Below the pieces are notes generated by a model that did no database searches, was not told the origin of the DNA, and saw nothing but the letters and a program-made list of their open reading frames with translations. The position numbers were made by a program, and so were the translations under genes. Positions 36,831-50,747 of a stretch of 64,000 nt of DNA are shown piece after piece; positions within the stretch are counted from its first letter, which is position 1, and every line of letters starts with the position of its first letter. The stretch lies in NCBI RefSeq assembly GCF_009914755.1, contig NC_060932.1, one strand, 5' to 3'. The stretch is from the human T2T-CHM13v2.0 reference genome, Homo sapiens.

Positions 36831-39800
36831 TGCCCTACTCTCCATACAGATTTAGTGGAGGCAGAAGTGCAAGGGGCATGGGGTGAGCCAGGGTCCAGCC
36901 AGACCTGAGGGAGACCAGCTGACGCCACAAGAGAGGGCCATGCCCTCCTCGGCCATCCGTAGCAGAGCTTGCCAGGCCCCCGCCAGCCTTGGGTTTAGCT
37001 ATGGCTGGGGGCAGAGGTCAGGAATCCAGCTCTGGGTCCCCCATGCCTCAGGCTGTGCAGGACTTGAACCAGTCCCCAGGCCAACCCAGCACCACACCCT
37101 TCCCCCTCTGCAGGATGGGCCTCCCCTTTTCACCCCTACCTGGATTCCCAACCAAAGACTAAAGACTTCAGTAGGCAGGGAGATTTGCACATCCTCAGGT
37201 GGTCAGGCTTCAGAGCTGGGGTTGGTGGGTAGGCGGGTAGAGGGGCTGGTGTGGCTGAAGCCCAGGGGAGTGCTGGGGAGGTGGTTGGCAAGCTCCGGAT
37301 CTCTGCTCTGGGAGAGAGCAGGGGGCTCCTCCCTGGGGCCCAGCGGGACCTCAGTTTCACGGGAGTCTCAGAGAGCCAAGCCCCCTCCTCTCCCAGATTT
37401 CCTTTGTCCCACAATCCCAATGTCTGTGCCAACCAACCTGGTGCAGACCCTCGCTGCCGTTGGTGCTGGTGAGGTACCATGCTTGGGGGCACGTGGTGGC
37501 TGAAGGGAGGGAAGGTGTGGAATGTCTCAGATCAGCAAGTTCCAAGCACGGCTCACCGGGCTCCGCCCATGTGACCTCCATTCCTCCAGGCCAGGGACAG
37601 GGATGGGGCAGGAGACAGCCTGTGTCTTTTATTCCTTTTATTTTTGGGAAAACAACCTTCTCCACCTCTTCAGGATTTGGGGAGCTGCTGTTCTTCACAC
37701 CCTCTAAATCTGGGGCCAGCAAGTCACCAGCGACCTCTGGTACTAAGGAGGTCAGCCCGGGGGGATGAGTTACAATGAGTTACACAAGCCCGTTCGTGAC
37801 CCACATCGCCTGCCTGACACACTCCAGACACTGCAGGGAGTGCAGGCTGGGATGTGGCACTGGAGGGCGTGCACGTGGGCGTGTGCTGAGATTGCGTTCC
37901 TTACACACACAGAGTCTGTGTGTGTACGAGTACATCCTCATCATAGCCTTGGTGGCATGCCCTGGGCCCCCACAGATCCTGGCCAAGGATCTGGGCTCTG
38001 AGCTGTGGACCTACCCATGTTAGCGGCTGGATCCAACAGTGCCTTCTGCCCAGGCCCATGGCGAGCCTGGCCCTGTGGAGGGACGCCTCCTCCGTCATTA
38101 CCTGCGTCGTCTGTCCTCTCTCAGCCACCTCCACCTGCGTCACTGCCAGCCTGCCTCAGCACGGAGCCTGCTTTCCCTCCCACCCCCAGGCCCTCGGTTC
38201 TTCCCACGTGGGATATTCTGGCTGTACGCGCGTGACCGTGACTGTGGGGACTGGCCCAGGGCTTGACTGTGGGTACTGGCCCAGGGCTTTTCAGGGTTGG
38301 AGCTGGGATTGGAGCCCGCCCTGCCTCGGGGAAGATCCTCGCTCCCTTTCTCCACGGCACCTCTGTGATTCTCGTCACCTGCCAACACCAGCACCAGGGC
38401 TGCCCCTCCTGACGGCCCCCTCGCCGTCTTTCTGGGCACACTCCATCGGCACAGCGTCTTCACTGTCCTCCTGACAAACCTCGTGCCACCCCCATCAGCT
38501 TCAGCACCACCTCCACAGCAGCCGTGGCCAGCACCGACGTCCTTTTCCGTCACCGTCAAGCCTCAAAACTGGGACCGTGGGTAATGGCGTCACCCCATCC
38601 GCCGTCTCTCTCTAGCTGCCAACGGCGCCTTCACCAGACACGCCCGGCACCACCTTCCAGGTCAGCAGTCCCAGCCCTGCGTATCGGAGGCCTGCTCTCC
38701 CACAGCGTCCACAGTCACTGGGCCAGGCTCGCACCTGTGAGGGGCCAGGACCCATACCGGAGCCCGGCGAGGCTCCCTCGGCCACCCTCTGGGTCCTCCT
38801 GTGCTCCTGGGGCACAGCCCATGTGGGCCCAGCCACCCAGGGCTGAGCGGGCTCTGCAGTCCCCAAGGCCGGGGCCCACTCCACTCCCCAGCGTTTCCCG
38901 TCTGCTAATTTCCTAAATGAACACTAATGCAAATGGCTCAGGCTGGCTGGGTTGGGTTTTTGTTGCCTGTTTATTTATTTTTTCCTCTTTGCTTCTAACT
39001 CCTTTTTCTACCCTCTAAATTGGTGCAGCGCGGGGAATTCACAATTCACCTCCTCACTCCCATTTCGGCACGCGCTCCTCTCTGCTTCCTTAATTATCTC
39101 ATTTGTAATTCTTCATCTCCCCTCCCTTTCATCTCCTTCCAAACACCCCAACCAGTTAAAATAAATATATATTTTTAATGTTGAGGCGCCTAATTTAATC
39201 TGGCAGGCAGTGTTCTGCAGTCACCGGCAGGCATCTCAGGCTGAGTCACGTCGTGGGCCACAAGGCTTCCCAGCCCCCCGCCCATCCTGCCAGTGGGCTG
39301 TGTGGGGAGATGGCTGGGGGCAGTGTGCCCTGGAGCCAGGCCTTGGACAGGGCACTAGGGAAAGCCTGAGGCACTCTCTCAACCGCCTTCCTCTCTGCAG
39401 GCTCTGTCTCAGGTACACAGGGAGCACCTGGGGAAGGGGAATGGCCTGAGGCTAGGCAGGGGGCAGACAGTTCACTGCCTCGCAGGTCATGCTGTGCTGA
39501 TCCTGGGCTGCACCAGCTTATTTCTGACTTGCTCCTGATTCCCCTTTGCTGGGCTTGGTCATCAGGCAGACCCTTTGCACCACCCCAGGGACTGCTGCCA
39601 CCACGTGTGTCCTCCACGGAGACCGCATCCCTCCCACTGGGATGCTCCTTCCAGCCCCACTGCAGCACCATCCTTGGACCTGACCTAGAGCCTTGACCAA
39701 GAGCACCACATGCGGGAGTCAAAGGGTGAGGGGCTGCACCTGGCCTGTCACCTGTCCTGCTTGGGGACAAGGAGAGCTGAGAGGACAGGGAGTCAAAAGC

Positions 39801-39890
39801 CCATCCCTGTGTGCCCTGGTCATCCTGAGACCTCATCCCCAAAACAGCTAACTGCCTGCCTCCTAAGAGAAGCTTTTCATGACTGGTCTG

Positions 39891-40243
39891 TTCATCCATC
39901 CATCCATCCATCCATGCATCCATCCATCCATCCACCCATCTATCCATTTATACATCTATCCATCCATCCATTCATCCATCCACCCATCTATCATCCATCC
40001 ATCCATCCATCCATCCATCCATCCACCCATCTATCCATCCATCCATCTATCCATCCATTCATCCATCCACCCATCTATCCATCCATCTATCCATCCATCT
40101 ATCTATCCATCCATCCATCCACCCATCTATCCATCCATCCATCCACCCATCTATCCATCCATCCATCCATCCATTCATCCATCTACCCATCTATCCATCC
40201 ATCTATCCATCCATCCATCCATCCATCCATCCATCCATCCATC
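39891..40243. repeat. (TCCA/TCTA)n tetranucleotide microsatellite, ~350 bp
   Basis: Read directly; followed by L2-like TCATTCATTTA. Confidence 0.97.
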
Positions 40244-42634
40244 CCTTCAGTCATTCATTTACTCAGAGTTCACCTGGCTGAGAGAGGTGCTCTAGGGGTT
40301 CAGAAATGAGGCTTGTAAGAAGGGGGATTCCAACATCAGGAAGTCCCAGGGCGCTTGGGGCTGGAGGCAGGGGGATGGAGAAAAGCCCCAGGCCTCAGTG
40401 TGGCCATCTGTCCCACTGGCCATTGCAGCTGCCCTGACTGATGCTTCTAACATGGCCCCTGCACCTGGACTTGCACCAGACCAGGCCCCTCCTACACTGC
40501 CTCAGCGTCCCGCTGCCACTCCCAGTGCCTATGGGCCTCGGGGTCTACAGGCCCCACCAGGCCCTTTCCCAACCTTTGTCCCTGTCCCTCTCCATTTCCT
40601 TGGCCAATGGAATATCTGCCAACAGGAAATACAAATGAAAACTGCAACAAAATGCCCATCCACACCGCTGGGCAGGACTGGCTAAAATAACACGTGCGAC
40701 GCATGCACCTGCTGATGGAGAATCCACGCCGGTAAACCTCAGGCTGGGCGTGGCCTCGGCCCGGTGCTTCTGTTCCCCCATAGACACCCTAGAGAGTGGT
40801 GCCCCGCATACTCAAGGAGGCCCCTGTGCAGCTTCCTCTAGGGAGACACAGCATGTGAGCCTGGCAGACACAGGCCGGGCCCTGCAACCTGTGTTTCCCC
40901 TGTGACAACCCACTTAATATACGGAACAGCTGGGGAAGTTGAAATCCTGGGAATGGCGTTCAGGGACAGAAGAGAAGTTGGAAGGACCGAGGCATGTGTA
41001 AGAGCTGGGAGGCACAGAGCTGCAGGCCTCACTGTGAATTAACCTCACACACAGCACTGAGCACAAAACACTAAGTACTGAAGGGAGTGTGACTTGGGGA
41101 GCCACTTACGAGTTTAGGAGCCAGGGGAGCCCCTCTGTGCACTATCTGAAAGACGTGTATGGAAGGGAGAGGTGAAGAAAGGGACTTGGGAACCAGAGGC
41201 TCCATTGCAGCAGGAAGAAGAGGGAGGCTTGTGGGTCACGGAAAGTCAGGTAGAAGACGGCAGCGTTTGGTTTTGTTCCCCTAAACCAGAAGAGATCAGA
41301 GGCAAACATGGCAGATGCTAAGAGGCATTGGAGCTGGGTACTGGGATGGCTGCCAGTTATGTTGTCCCCATACACTTCAGTGTAGTGGAAATATTACAGA
41401 AATGTTTAAAAGAAGAAAGATACCCAGTAACTAAGTACCACGGAGGTGTAAAATGCTGATAGCTCCTGGAGCCTTGCTTGCAGGGGTACAAATTACCCTA
41501 AAGTGGAGAGGGACTAATGGGGTGTCATGGGCTCCTTGCCCGTCCATTGGTAGAGCTGGGAGTGGACTATTCTTGGAATCCCTGCAAACATCCCAGGATG
41601 CTGGTTCCCAAGGCTCTCGTCTCTCCACGTGGAAGCCCTGCAGGAGGGAGCACGGGTCCCACCTTTCCTCTCCATGCAGCTCTGCCCCTCTGCCCACCAC
41701 CAGGAAAGACTCAGCTGGCTGATTCTCAGGAAGGGGTACCGGGCAGCCACAGCTCCCTCCTTGGAAGTACACAAGCTACGGCTGGGTGACATCCTTTGGG
41801 GTCCCTGCAGAGGCTTGCCTGGCATTCGAGGCCATGTAGGTGCATTGGGGTGAGCAGGATCATGGGATCAGGAGAAAATCCCCGCAGGCTGGATCTGCCT
41901 TGCCTGGCCATGTGATCCAGGGCCTTGTGTGCCAGTTTGTGTGCATATATGATTGTGAATATGTTTGCATTTGGTGTCTGTGTTTTCATGTGTTTGTGTG
42001 TATGTGCACCTATGCTTGTGCACCCATGCACACCTTGGGCTGAGACCCTCTGGGGGACAGAGACCCTGAGGGCCCCACAGAGCTGTCAGCTTCCTGGGCC
42101 TAGCTCCAGTTGAGGACAGAAGGGGAGCAGGAGGAGGTAGCTAGCGCTGGGTCATGTGCTGTGGAGGAGTGGGATGAGGGCTGTGGGGTGATGGTGGAGT
42201 CTTGAGGTATAAGGAGCTGCTCCACCTTGTCTGACTATCACCCCTATGTCTTGACCCATTCATACACCCACTCATCAAATAGTAGCTGAGTCAAGCAGCC
42301 CTGGGCCCAGCCCTGAGCTGGGACTGGGATAGATACAAAAATCCAAATACGCAGGCCATGCCACCGCATTCTGCTGGGAGAGAGACTGCACACCAGAAGG
42401 TGCTGCCTAGGAGAGGGGGCTGAATAGGATGCAGGGAGAGCTCAGAAGGGACAGGACTCCCCCACCCTCCCAGAGCTTCAGACTGAAAAACATGGTGGGT
42501 TGACCACAGGAAGAATGGCATAAGCACTGAGCGAGCCAGTTGCCAGGCTCTGAAGACATCTTAGGAGAGAGCCATGAGGATTCTGGTTCCTGGCTCCATG
42601 GGCCATCCAGACCCTACAGGCCCGTTTGCTTCAA

Positions 42635-44706
42635 CACCATTACAATTACTATCATCATTACCATCCCCTGAAGCACCACCACCACCACCACCACCACCTT
42701 CGCCATTAGTGCCAACACCATTATTACCACCTTCACTATGACCACCACCATCATCATCATCATCGCCACCTTCACCCCCAACACCACTACCATCACCACC
42801 GTCACCTTCACCATCATCCCCCGTAACCACCACCATTACCATCACCCCCAATCAATACCACTATCCCCATCACCTCCACCGCCCCCACCACCACCATCAT
42901 CGTCACCATCATCATAATCACCATCATCACAACCACTACCATCACCACCACCATAAACACTACCACCACCATTATCATCACCATAACCATCACCACCACT
43001 ATCACCATCATCACCTCCAGGATGACCATCATCACGACCAAAACTACCATCACTATCACCATAACCATAACCATTATCACCACCATCACTACCACCACTC
43101 CCATCACCCCCCACTCCCATTACCATCATTACAATTGCCACCATCACCACAACCACTATCACTACAACAACCACCATCACCGCCCACCACCATCACCATC
43201 ATCACACTTGCCACTATCACCATCACCACCATTACTACAACCACCACCATCATCACCATTGCCATCATCACTACCATTACTATCACTACCATTTCCACCA
43301 TCACTATTACCACTATCACCATCATCACCACCACCACCATTATCACCATCATCACTACCACCACCATCACCATCACCACCACCATCACCATCATTACCAC
43401 CATAACCATCATCACTACCACCACCATTATCATAATCACCACCATCACCCCACCACCACAACCATCACCATCACCATCACCACCACCTCCACCATCACCA
43501 CCATTAGCATCACCACTACCACTACCATCACTATAATCACCACCATCACCACCACCACCATCACCATCATTAACACCACCACCATTATCATTACCATCAT
43601 CACTACCATTACTATTATCACCATTTCCACCATCACTATTACCACTATCACCATCATCACCACAATTATCATCATCATCACTACCACCACCATCACCCCC
43701 CATTCCCATCACCACCATCACCCCTACTCCCATCACCATCATCACAATTGCCACCATCACCACAACCACCATCACTCTGACAATCACCATCACCCCCACC
43801 ACCATCACCATCATCACAATTGCCACTATCACCATCACCATTACTACAACCACCACCACCACCATCTCCATCACCATCATCACTACCATTACTATCATCA
43901 CCATTTACACCATCTCTATTACCATCATCACCACCACCACCATTATTACCATCACCACTACCACCATTACCATCACCACCACCATCATCACCACCATCAG
44001 CATTATCACTACAACCACCACCATTATCATAATCACCATCACCCCACCACCACAACCATCACCATCACCACCACCTCCACTGTCACCACCATTAGCATCA
44101 CCACTACCACTACCATCACTATAATCACCACCATCACCACCACACCACCACTATCACCATCATTAACACCACCACCATCACCATCATCATTGCCATCACC
44201 ATCACTATCACCACCCCATCACCATCATCACCATCACTATCACCATTATCACCACCACCACCACCATCACCATCATCACCACCACCAACACTAACACTGT
44301 AATCACTAACATCACCATCACCACCATCACTCCCACCACCACTATAACCATCACCACCATCCCTACCATCACCCCACCACCACCATCACAACCACCACCA
44401 TTACTGCCACCTCCACCACCATCATCACCACCATTATCATCACTATCACCATCATCACAACTACCACCATTACTATCTCCACTACCATCACTACCAGCAC
44501 CACCACCATCATTTTCCCCATCATCACCACCACCATCACTATCACCATCAACATCATCACAGCCATCATCACCACCATCACCATCGCTCCCATCACCATC
44601 ACCACCACCACCACTGTCACTATCACTACCATTACTATCACCACCACCAATATCACCATCACCATCATCACCATCACCACCACCATCACCATCACCACCA
44701 CCATCT
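42635..44706. repeat. ~2.1-kb degenerate (CAC/CAT)n triplet tract
   Basis: Read directly; the + strand is almost free of G. Confidence 0.97.
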
Positions 44707-44799
44707 TCCCAATTAGGCTATGAGCAGAGGACTGTGTAAACCCAGTTGAGGGCAGATGGTGAAATGACAAAGGCTACTGGGCAGTTTGGTATGGAAGAA

Positions 44800-45000
44800 C
44801 AGGAGAAAGTTTGTCAGGTTACTTGCTTGCCGTGTGATCTTTTGCATCAGCTTGCTATTTTGGAGCCTCAGTTTCCCTACCTTTAAGAGGGGAATTATGC
44901 TTGCTAACCTCTCTGCTTTTCAATGTTTGAGAGTGAGATAATTTGAAGTATTTGAAGGTGTGTGTGCCTTGTAAAGTGCTGAGCAAATGTTACGCGTTAT
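44800..45000 (+). mobile_element. MIR fragment
   Basis: GAGCCTCAGTTTCCCTACCTTTAAGAGGGGAAT...TGTAAAGTGCT. Confidence 0.65.
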
Positions 45001-46834
45001 GATCACCGTGTGAAGCCCATTCCCAGTAGTGACCCCCTCCCCAGCCCTCCTCCCAGCAACCACACATTTGTCAGGTTTTGGGAGGGCAACAGTTCCAGGA
45101 ACGGACCCCAGGAGCTGGAAGATTGATTCCACCTTTGACTGGAATGCAAACAATATGCAAATGAACATGCAAATTCCCTGTGTTCCTTTGGAAGATCCCA
45201 GCCTGGTTCTTTAGGGTGGGCTGCCCTGCCGCTGGCTTTGAACATGGGGAGGGACTGAGTTGGGGAAGTCAGAGGAGGAGGGAAAAGGCGTTGACACATC
45301 AGTACCTGATTGAACTCAACTGGCCAATGCTGCTGCCCTGTCTCTGTTTTGCAGAGTATCAACTGTGTCTTTACAGAGGCCCAAGCCTCCCTCATTGTCT
45401 CCCCCATCAGCCTCTGACTCCCTCCTCCCCAACAGCTCCCAGCCACTCACTCCCCATCCTCTCTCCTCCTTCCCTTCATCCAGCTCTTCCTGGGCACTCT
45501 TGCAGGCTCTGGACGCACTCTCCTCCTATGGTGGGAACTCTGGTTTTGAGGAGAGACACAAGAGGAGATGATCCCCCCACTAGGGTCTCCCCATCATGGT
45601 CCCATCCCACGGGTCCAGGCCACAGACTGTCAATATGGAGAGTGACGTGAGGACACTGAGGCAGGGGTTGCCCTCACCTCGGGGAAACGGAGGTTTCTCC
45701 CTAGCGCAATGTGGTCCAGGCAGCCCAAAGGGAGAGGGCGTCCTGGACAAAGGGCTCAGCAGAACAAGGACTAAGAGGACAAGAGAGAGCCTGGCAGGGG
45801 TGGTGACCAGCAGGGTTTGGGGATGAGGGAGGGGGGCTGGCAGCCAGGTACACCAGGACAGGCCTCATGAGTGGGGAGGGGCTTGGGCTTCATGGGAGGA
45901 AAAGAAAGCCACCGAAGGCTCTGAAGCCCTGGAGTGGCAGGTCACAGCAGCCCTTAGGAAAGATAGCCTGGGGCAAGGTGCACTGGAGGTGAGGAGGCCA
46001 GCGGCCCCTTCACAGCCCTGAAGAGTTGACCCGCTTTTCCTGGAACCCACAGGAGTCTGGGGCAGACAATGGCTGGCTCACGCCCACATGTCACGGCTCC
46101 TGGGAGCCCTCCAGCGCGCTCTGCCCCTCACAGGCTGAGGATCCCTCCCAGGGGCATGTGGGTGACCAGGCTGCCTCCTGGGGCTCATCCACAGAGTGAT
46201 GGGTGAGAGGGTCCTCTGGGGCTTCCGAGAAGGGATTTAACAGTCCTGCTGCACCCTGGCTGTTCTGTGCCTTCAGGTGGGGCAGGGTTTGGTGTGCACA
46301 TCCCTCTCGGGGAGACAGGGTTCCAGAGTCCAAGCCCAGGCCCTGTGCCCATCTCCAGGGCCCTCTCTGCTGGGGCTGGCACAAAAGCCAAGAGCCTGAA
46401 GCTGACCCCCACGTCACCTGGACCCCACGTAAAGGCTCCTGGTTGCTGTAGTGACAGCTGTGGCCAGCTGGGGGAACCCACCTTCTGCCTGTGCGTGGGG
46501 AACCTGGGCCAGAGACGTCCACCCATCAGGCAGCCAGGAGCTACCACAGTGCCTCGGACAGCCCCAAATGTCAGTCTGTGTGCAGAAGGCGCCCATCCAT
46601 GAAGTCATCTGTGATGGAATCTGTGTCAAATCCCATGTTCATCTTCCTTTTTTAAAAAAAAAAAATTAATCTGCATTCGAAGAAGCTGGTTGTGTTGAGG
46701 CCACCTGCAGGGCCACTGAGGTCCCTGTTCTAATAGGATGTTAGAGCCAAGTTTCTGCTGGTGCTGGGTGGGCGGGGCATGCAGGAGGGCTCAGGGACCC
46801 TCCCTTGGGCTACTGAGGCAGAGTAATGCTGGGG

Positions 46835-47880
46835 TACATGCAGTCCCGTGCACCCATCCTCACAGTGCACTTACATGTATGCTTACACTCCCACTCTCAC
46901 ACACACGTGCACTCACACTCATGCTTACACATCCACTCACATACATATGTGCATTCACACACGTACACTCATACACGTGCTCACACACACTCACACGTAC
47001 ACACGTGCTCACACATGCACTATCAGGCACACAGTGCACTCACGTCCTTACACATCCACTCACACTCACATGTGTATTCACACACATGCTCACATATGCA
47101 CCATCATGCACACACAGTGCACTCATACACACTCACACATCCACTCTCACACACACGTGCACCAACACATGCTCACATGTGTATTCACACAATGTGCATG
47201 CTCGTACACGTGCACTCTCGCACACACATGCACTTTCACACACACATGCACTGTCATGCACACACATGCACTCAGTCGCATGCACACACTCTTGCACACA
47301 CGTGTACACTCGCACACACGTGTACACTCGCACACACACGCACTATCATGCACACACGTGCGCTCAGCCACTTGCACACACGTGCACACTCACACATGCA
47401 CTATCATGCACAGACGTGCACTCACAGTCACATGCACACACGCTTGCACACACGTACACTCGCACACACATATGCATTTTCACACACTCACATGTGCACT
47501 CACAGTCACATGCACACACTCTTGCACACATGTGTACACTCGCACACACATGCACTATCATGCACACACATGCACTCACAGTCACATGCACACTCTTGCA
47601 CACGTGTACACTCACACACATGCACTATTATGCACAGATGTGCACTCACAGTCACATGCACACGCGCTTGCACACATGTGTACACTCGCACACACATGCA
47701 CTATCATGCACACACGTGTGCTGTCACTTGCACACACGTGTACACTCACACACACGCACTATCATGCACAGACGTGCACTCACAGTCACATGCACACACT
47801 CTTGCACACACATGTACATTCACACACTCACACATGCACTTTCACACACACACTCACATGTGCACTCTTGCACATGCATT
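46835..47880. repeat. CA/CATG-rich low-complexity tract (~1 kb) with semi-regular subunits
   Basis: Recurrent GCACTATCATGCAC, CTCACAGTCACATGCAC and GTGTACACTCGCAC. Confidence 0.93.
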
Positions 47881-48834
47881 CCTCTCACTGCCTGCTCCAG
47901 AAATACCCCAGGCCTTTCTTTCGTCCCCAATCTTCTGTGTGAGTTGGAGCAGGCAGGCCAGGGCTGCTGTAGCAATAACACGGCAGATATGCAACAGCTT
48001 AAACTGCATAGATGTTTTCTGTTGCTCATCAGGGTCGTTGCGGTGGCAGGATAGTCTCTACCCCACAACAACCAGGATCCAGGCTCCTCATCTGTGACCC
48101 CACCAGCCCCCAGGCAGCAGGGGGTGCATGGAGCAGGTTGGGAATTTTCTGCAAGCTCAGCCTTCATGGCCCCACACTCCATCAGCTGGGACCAGTCATC
48201 TAAGCACAGGGGCACTGGAAAACAAGAGTGGCCTGTGTCCAGGAGACAGAGGGGGTCAAAGTGGTGTCACCTCCTCTCCTCCACCTTCCTGGGCACACAG
48301 TCTCTCAGGGTGACTTCATGCCCCCACCCTGATGCCTCCTCAACTCCTACCCCTGCCCAGACCCCTGTCCCAAGCACCCCAAAGATGCCCATGGCCCACC
48401 CCTGCCCAGCACCTGCCTCTTAGAGGGTCTCACTGCTTAGTGGTCTGTCGGATTGTGGATCTGACCATCCACTTCTCTACTTCAAGCCCTTTGGGGGCTC
48501 CCAGGCCTAGGATAAAGGCTGCACTCCCCAGCCAGGCACCCACACCTTCCAAGGCAGCCCCACCCTCCTCCTGCTCCCCTTTCGCCCGAGGCCTCTTCGC
48601 CAGCTAGTGCTGCCTTGCAGCAAGTCAGCCCGTGACCTCCAGCCTGAGAACACGGGGTTGCGGTGTCTGTGGAGTTTGTGGGTCAGGACTTCCAACAGGC
48701 CTGGGGGGACGGCTTGTCTCCGGGGCCTCAGCTGCGGCTAGTGACCAGTACGGCTAGTGACCAGCTGTGGCTAGTGACCAGTGTGGTCTCTCCAAGTGGC
48801 CTGGGCTTCCTCAACACATGGTGAGCTCTGGGCA

Positions 48835-49990
48835 GCACTTTGTTTCAATAGACTACATTTTAGAGCAGTGTTAGGCTTATTGTTGATCTGAAAATACGAT
48901 ACTCTCTCCCTCTCCCCACCCAGTTTCCCCCATTTTTTACAGCTTGTATTAGTGTGCTTCATTTGTTACAATTGACGAGCCAATAATACAACATGATCAC
49001 TAAAGTCCACAGTTCACATCAGGCTTCATTCGGGGTATTGCACATTCTACGGGTTTTGACCAATGTGTGTGACACGTATCTACCTTTATACCAGCACCCA
49101 GAGGAGCTTCACTGCTTTAAAAACCCCTGCGCTCTGCCCATTCACCCCTCCCTTTCCACTACCCCAGCGACCACTGATGTGTTTACTGTCACCATAGTCT
49201 TCCATTTTCCGGAACGTCGTAGAGTTGGAGTCACGCGGTACATAGCCTTTTCAGAGCGGCTTCTTTCACTTAGTCATATGCATTGAAGATGCCTCCATGT
49301 GTTTTCATGGCTTGATAGCTCTTTTTTTTAGCAGTTAATATTCCCTTATGTGGATGTATCACAGTTCGCTCATCCACTCACCTATTGACAGGCGTGCTGA
49401 TTGCTTCCAAGTTTCGGCAGCCATGAATAAGTCTGCTATGAACATCCACGTGGAGGGTTTCCTGTGGACCTCGCTTTTCAATTCATTTGGGTAAATTGCA
49501 AGGAGCATGATTGCCAGATTATAAGGTAAGAGCGCGTTTAGTTTTGTAAAAGACTGCCAAACTGTCTTCCCCAGTGGCTGGCTCAGTGTGCACTCCCACC
49601 AGCAATGAGCGAGAGTTCCTGATGCTCCACATCCTCGCCGGCATTTGGTGTTGTTGCTGTTCCAGGTTTTGGCCATCTGAATAGGTGTGTCATGGTATCT
49701 CATTGTGGCTTTAATTTGCATTTCCCTAATGACATATGCTATTGAATGTTTTTTCTTGCGCTTATATGCTATCTTGTATCTTTGGTGAGGTGTCTTTTCA
49801 GATCTTCTGCCCATTTTTAAATTGGGTTGTTTGTTTTCTTATTGTTTAGTTGTAAGGATTCTTCGGATGTTTCCATTATGTCTTTTATTGGGTGTGTCTT
49901 TTGCAAATGTTTTCTCCCAGCTTGTGGCTTCTCTCTTGATTCTCTCAACACTGTCTTTTGCAGAGCAGTTTTTAATTTTAATAAAGTTGA
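48835..49990 (-). mobile_element. L1MC-like LINE: ORF2 C-terminus and 3' UTR, antisense
   Basis: ORF 49359-49814(-) encodes IREMQIKATMRYH...CRRGCGASGTLAHCWWEC...QPLGKTVW...WMFIA, the L1 ORF2p C-terminal cysteine-rich region. The 3' end TTTAGAGCAGTGTTAGG is L1MC-like. Confidence 0.92.
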
Positions 49991-50747
49991 GTTTTTACAT
50001 GGCAGCTCTGGACTCCAAAAGTGAGTCCTCTAGCGACCAGGTGGGAGCTAAAGAACCTAGGCCAGGCAGCCTCACCTCCAGTCAGGCAGTCCCAAGACCA
50101 CCCAGATTCATGGGAAGGAGAGGCAGACCCCGCCCCGGGTGGAGTAGTGTCAGCATCATGGGTGCTATCATTGCATTCATTTCTGAAAAGCCCAATCTGC
50201 CACATTTCCAGCTACCCAAACCCTGGACAACTCCTGCCCTTCTGACAAGCAACTTCTTGTCCCCTAGAGAAAAGGGTTTCAGGGTGCCCTGGTCTCCTGG
50301 CATGTGGGTGGTCTTTGGGAGTTGTCTGCATGCCATTGCCCCCTGAACCTGGCTGACTCTTCCAGCAGAGACCCCCCCGCCCCCGCATCCAGGGGATGAA
50401 CCACGATTGATCTGGACCAGAGAAGCAACCCTGTTTCGTTTCCCGTGATTGGTCAGCTTGGAACATGTGATCCTTTTCTGACCAATGAGATGCAAGAGAG
50501 AGACTGGGTAGGGGGAGACCTGTTCCCTGCCTTGCTTTCCTAGAGCTGCTGTGGCTGAGTAGCAAGCTCAGAAATTCATCCCCATTCCTCTGGCAGCACT
50601 GAGCCCAAGACCCAGGTGTCAGCAGAGTTGGCTCCTTCTGGAGGCTCTGGGGAAGGATGTGTTCCCTGTCTTCTCACTTCTGGAGGTTGCTGGCAATCTT
50701 CTGTGATCTATGGCTTCAGATGCATCATTATAGCCTCTGCCTCCATC

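Noticed and set aside
39710-40309. IHPS-repeat ORFs
   Set aside because: Translation of a (TCCA)n microsatellite.
42561-44770. Mucin-like, poly-His, poly-Val/Met and Gly/Asp-rich ORFs
   Set aside because: Translations of the CAC/CAT tract with frequent frame changes; no exon boundaries or signal peptide context.
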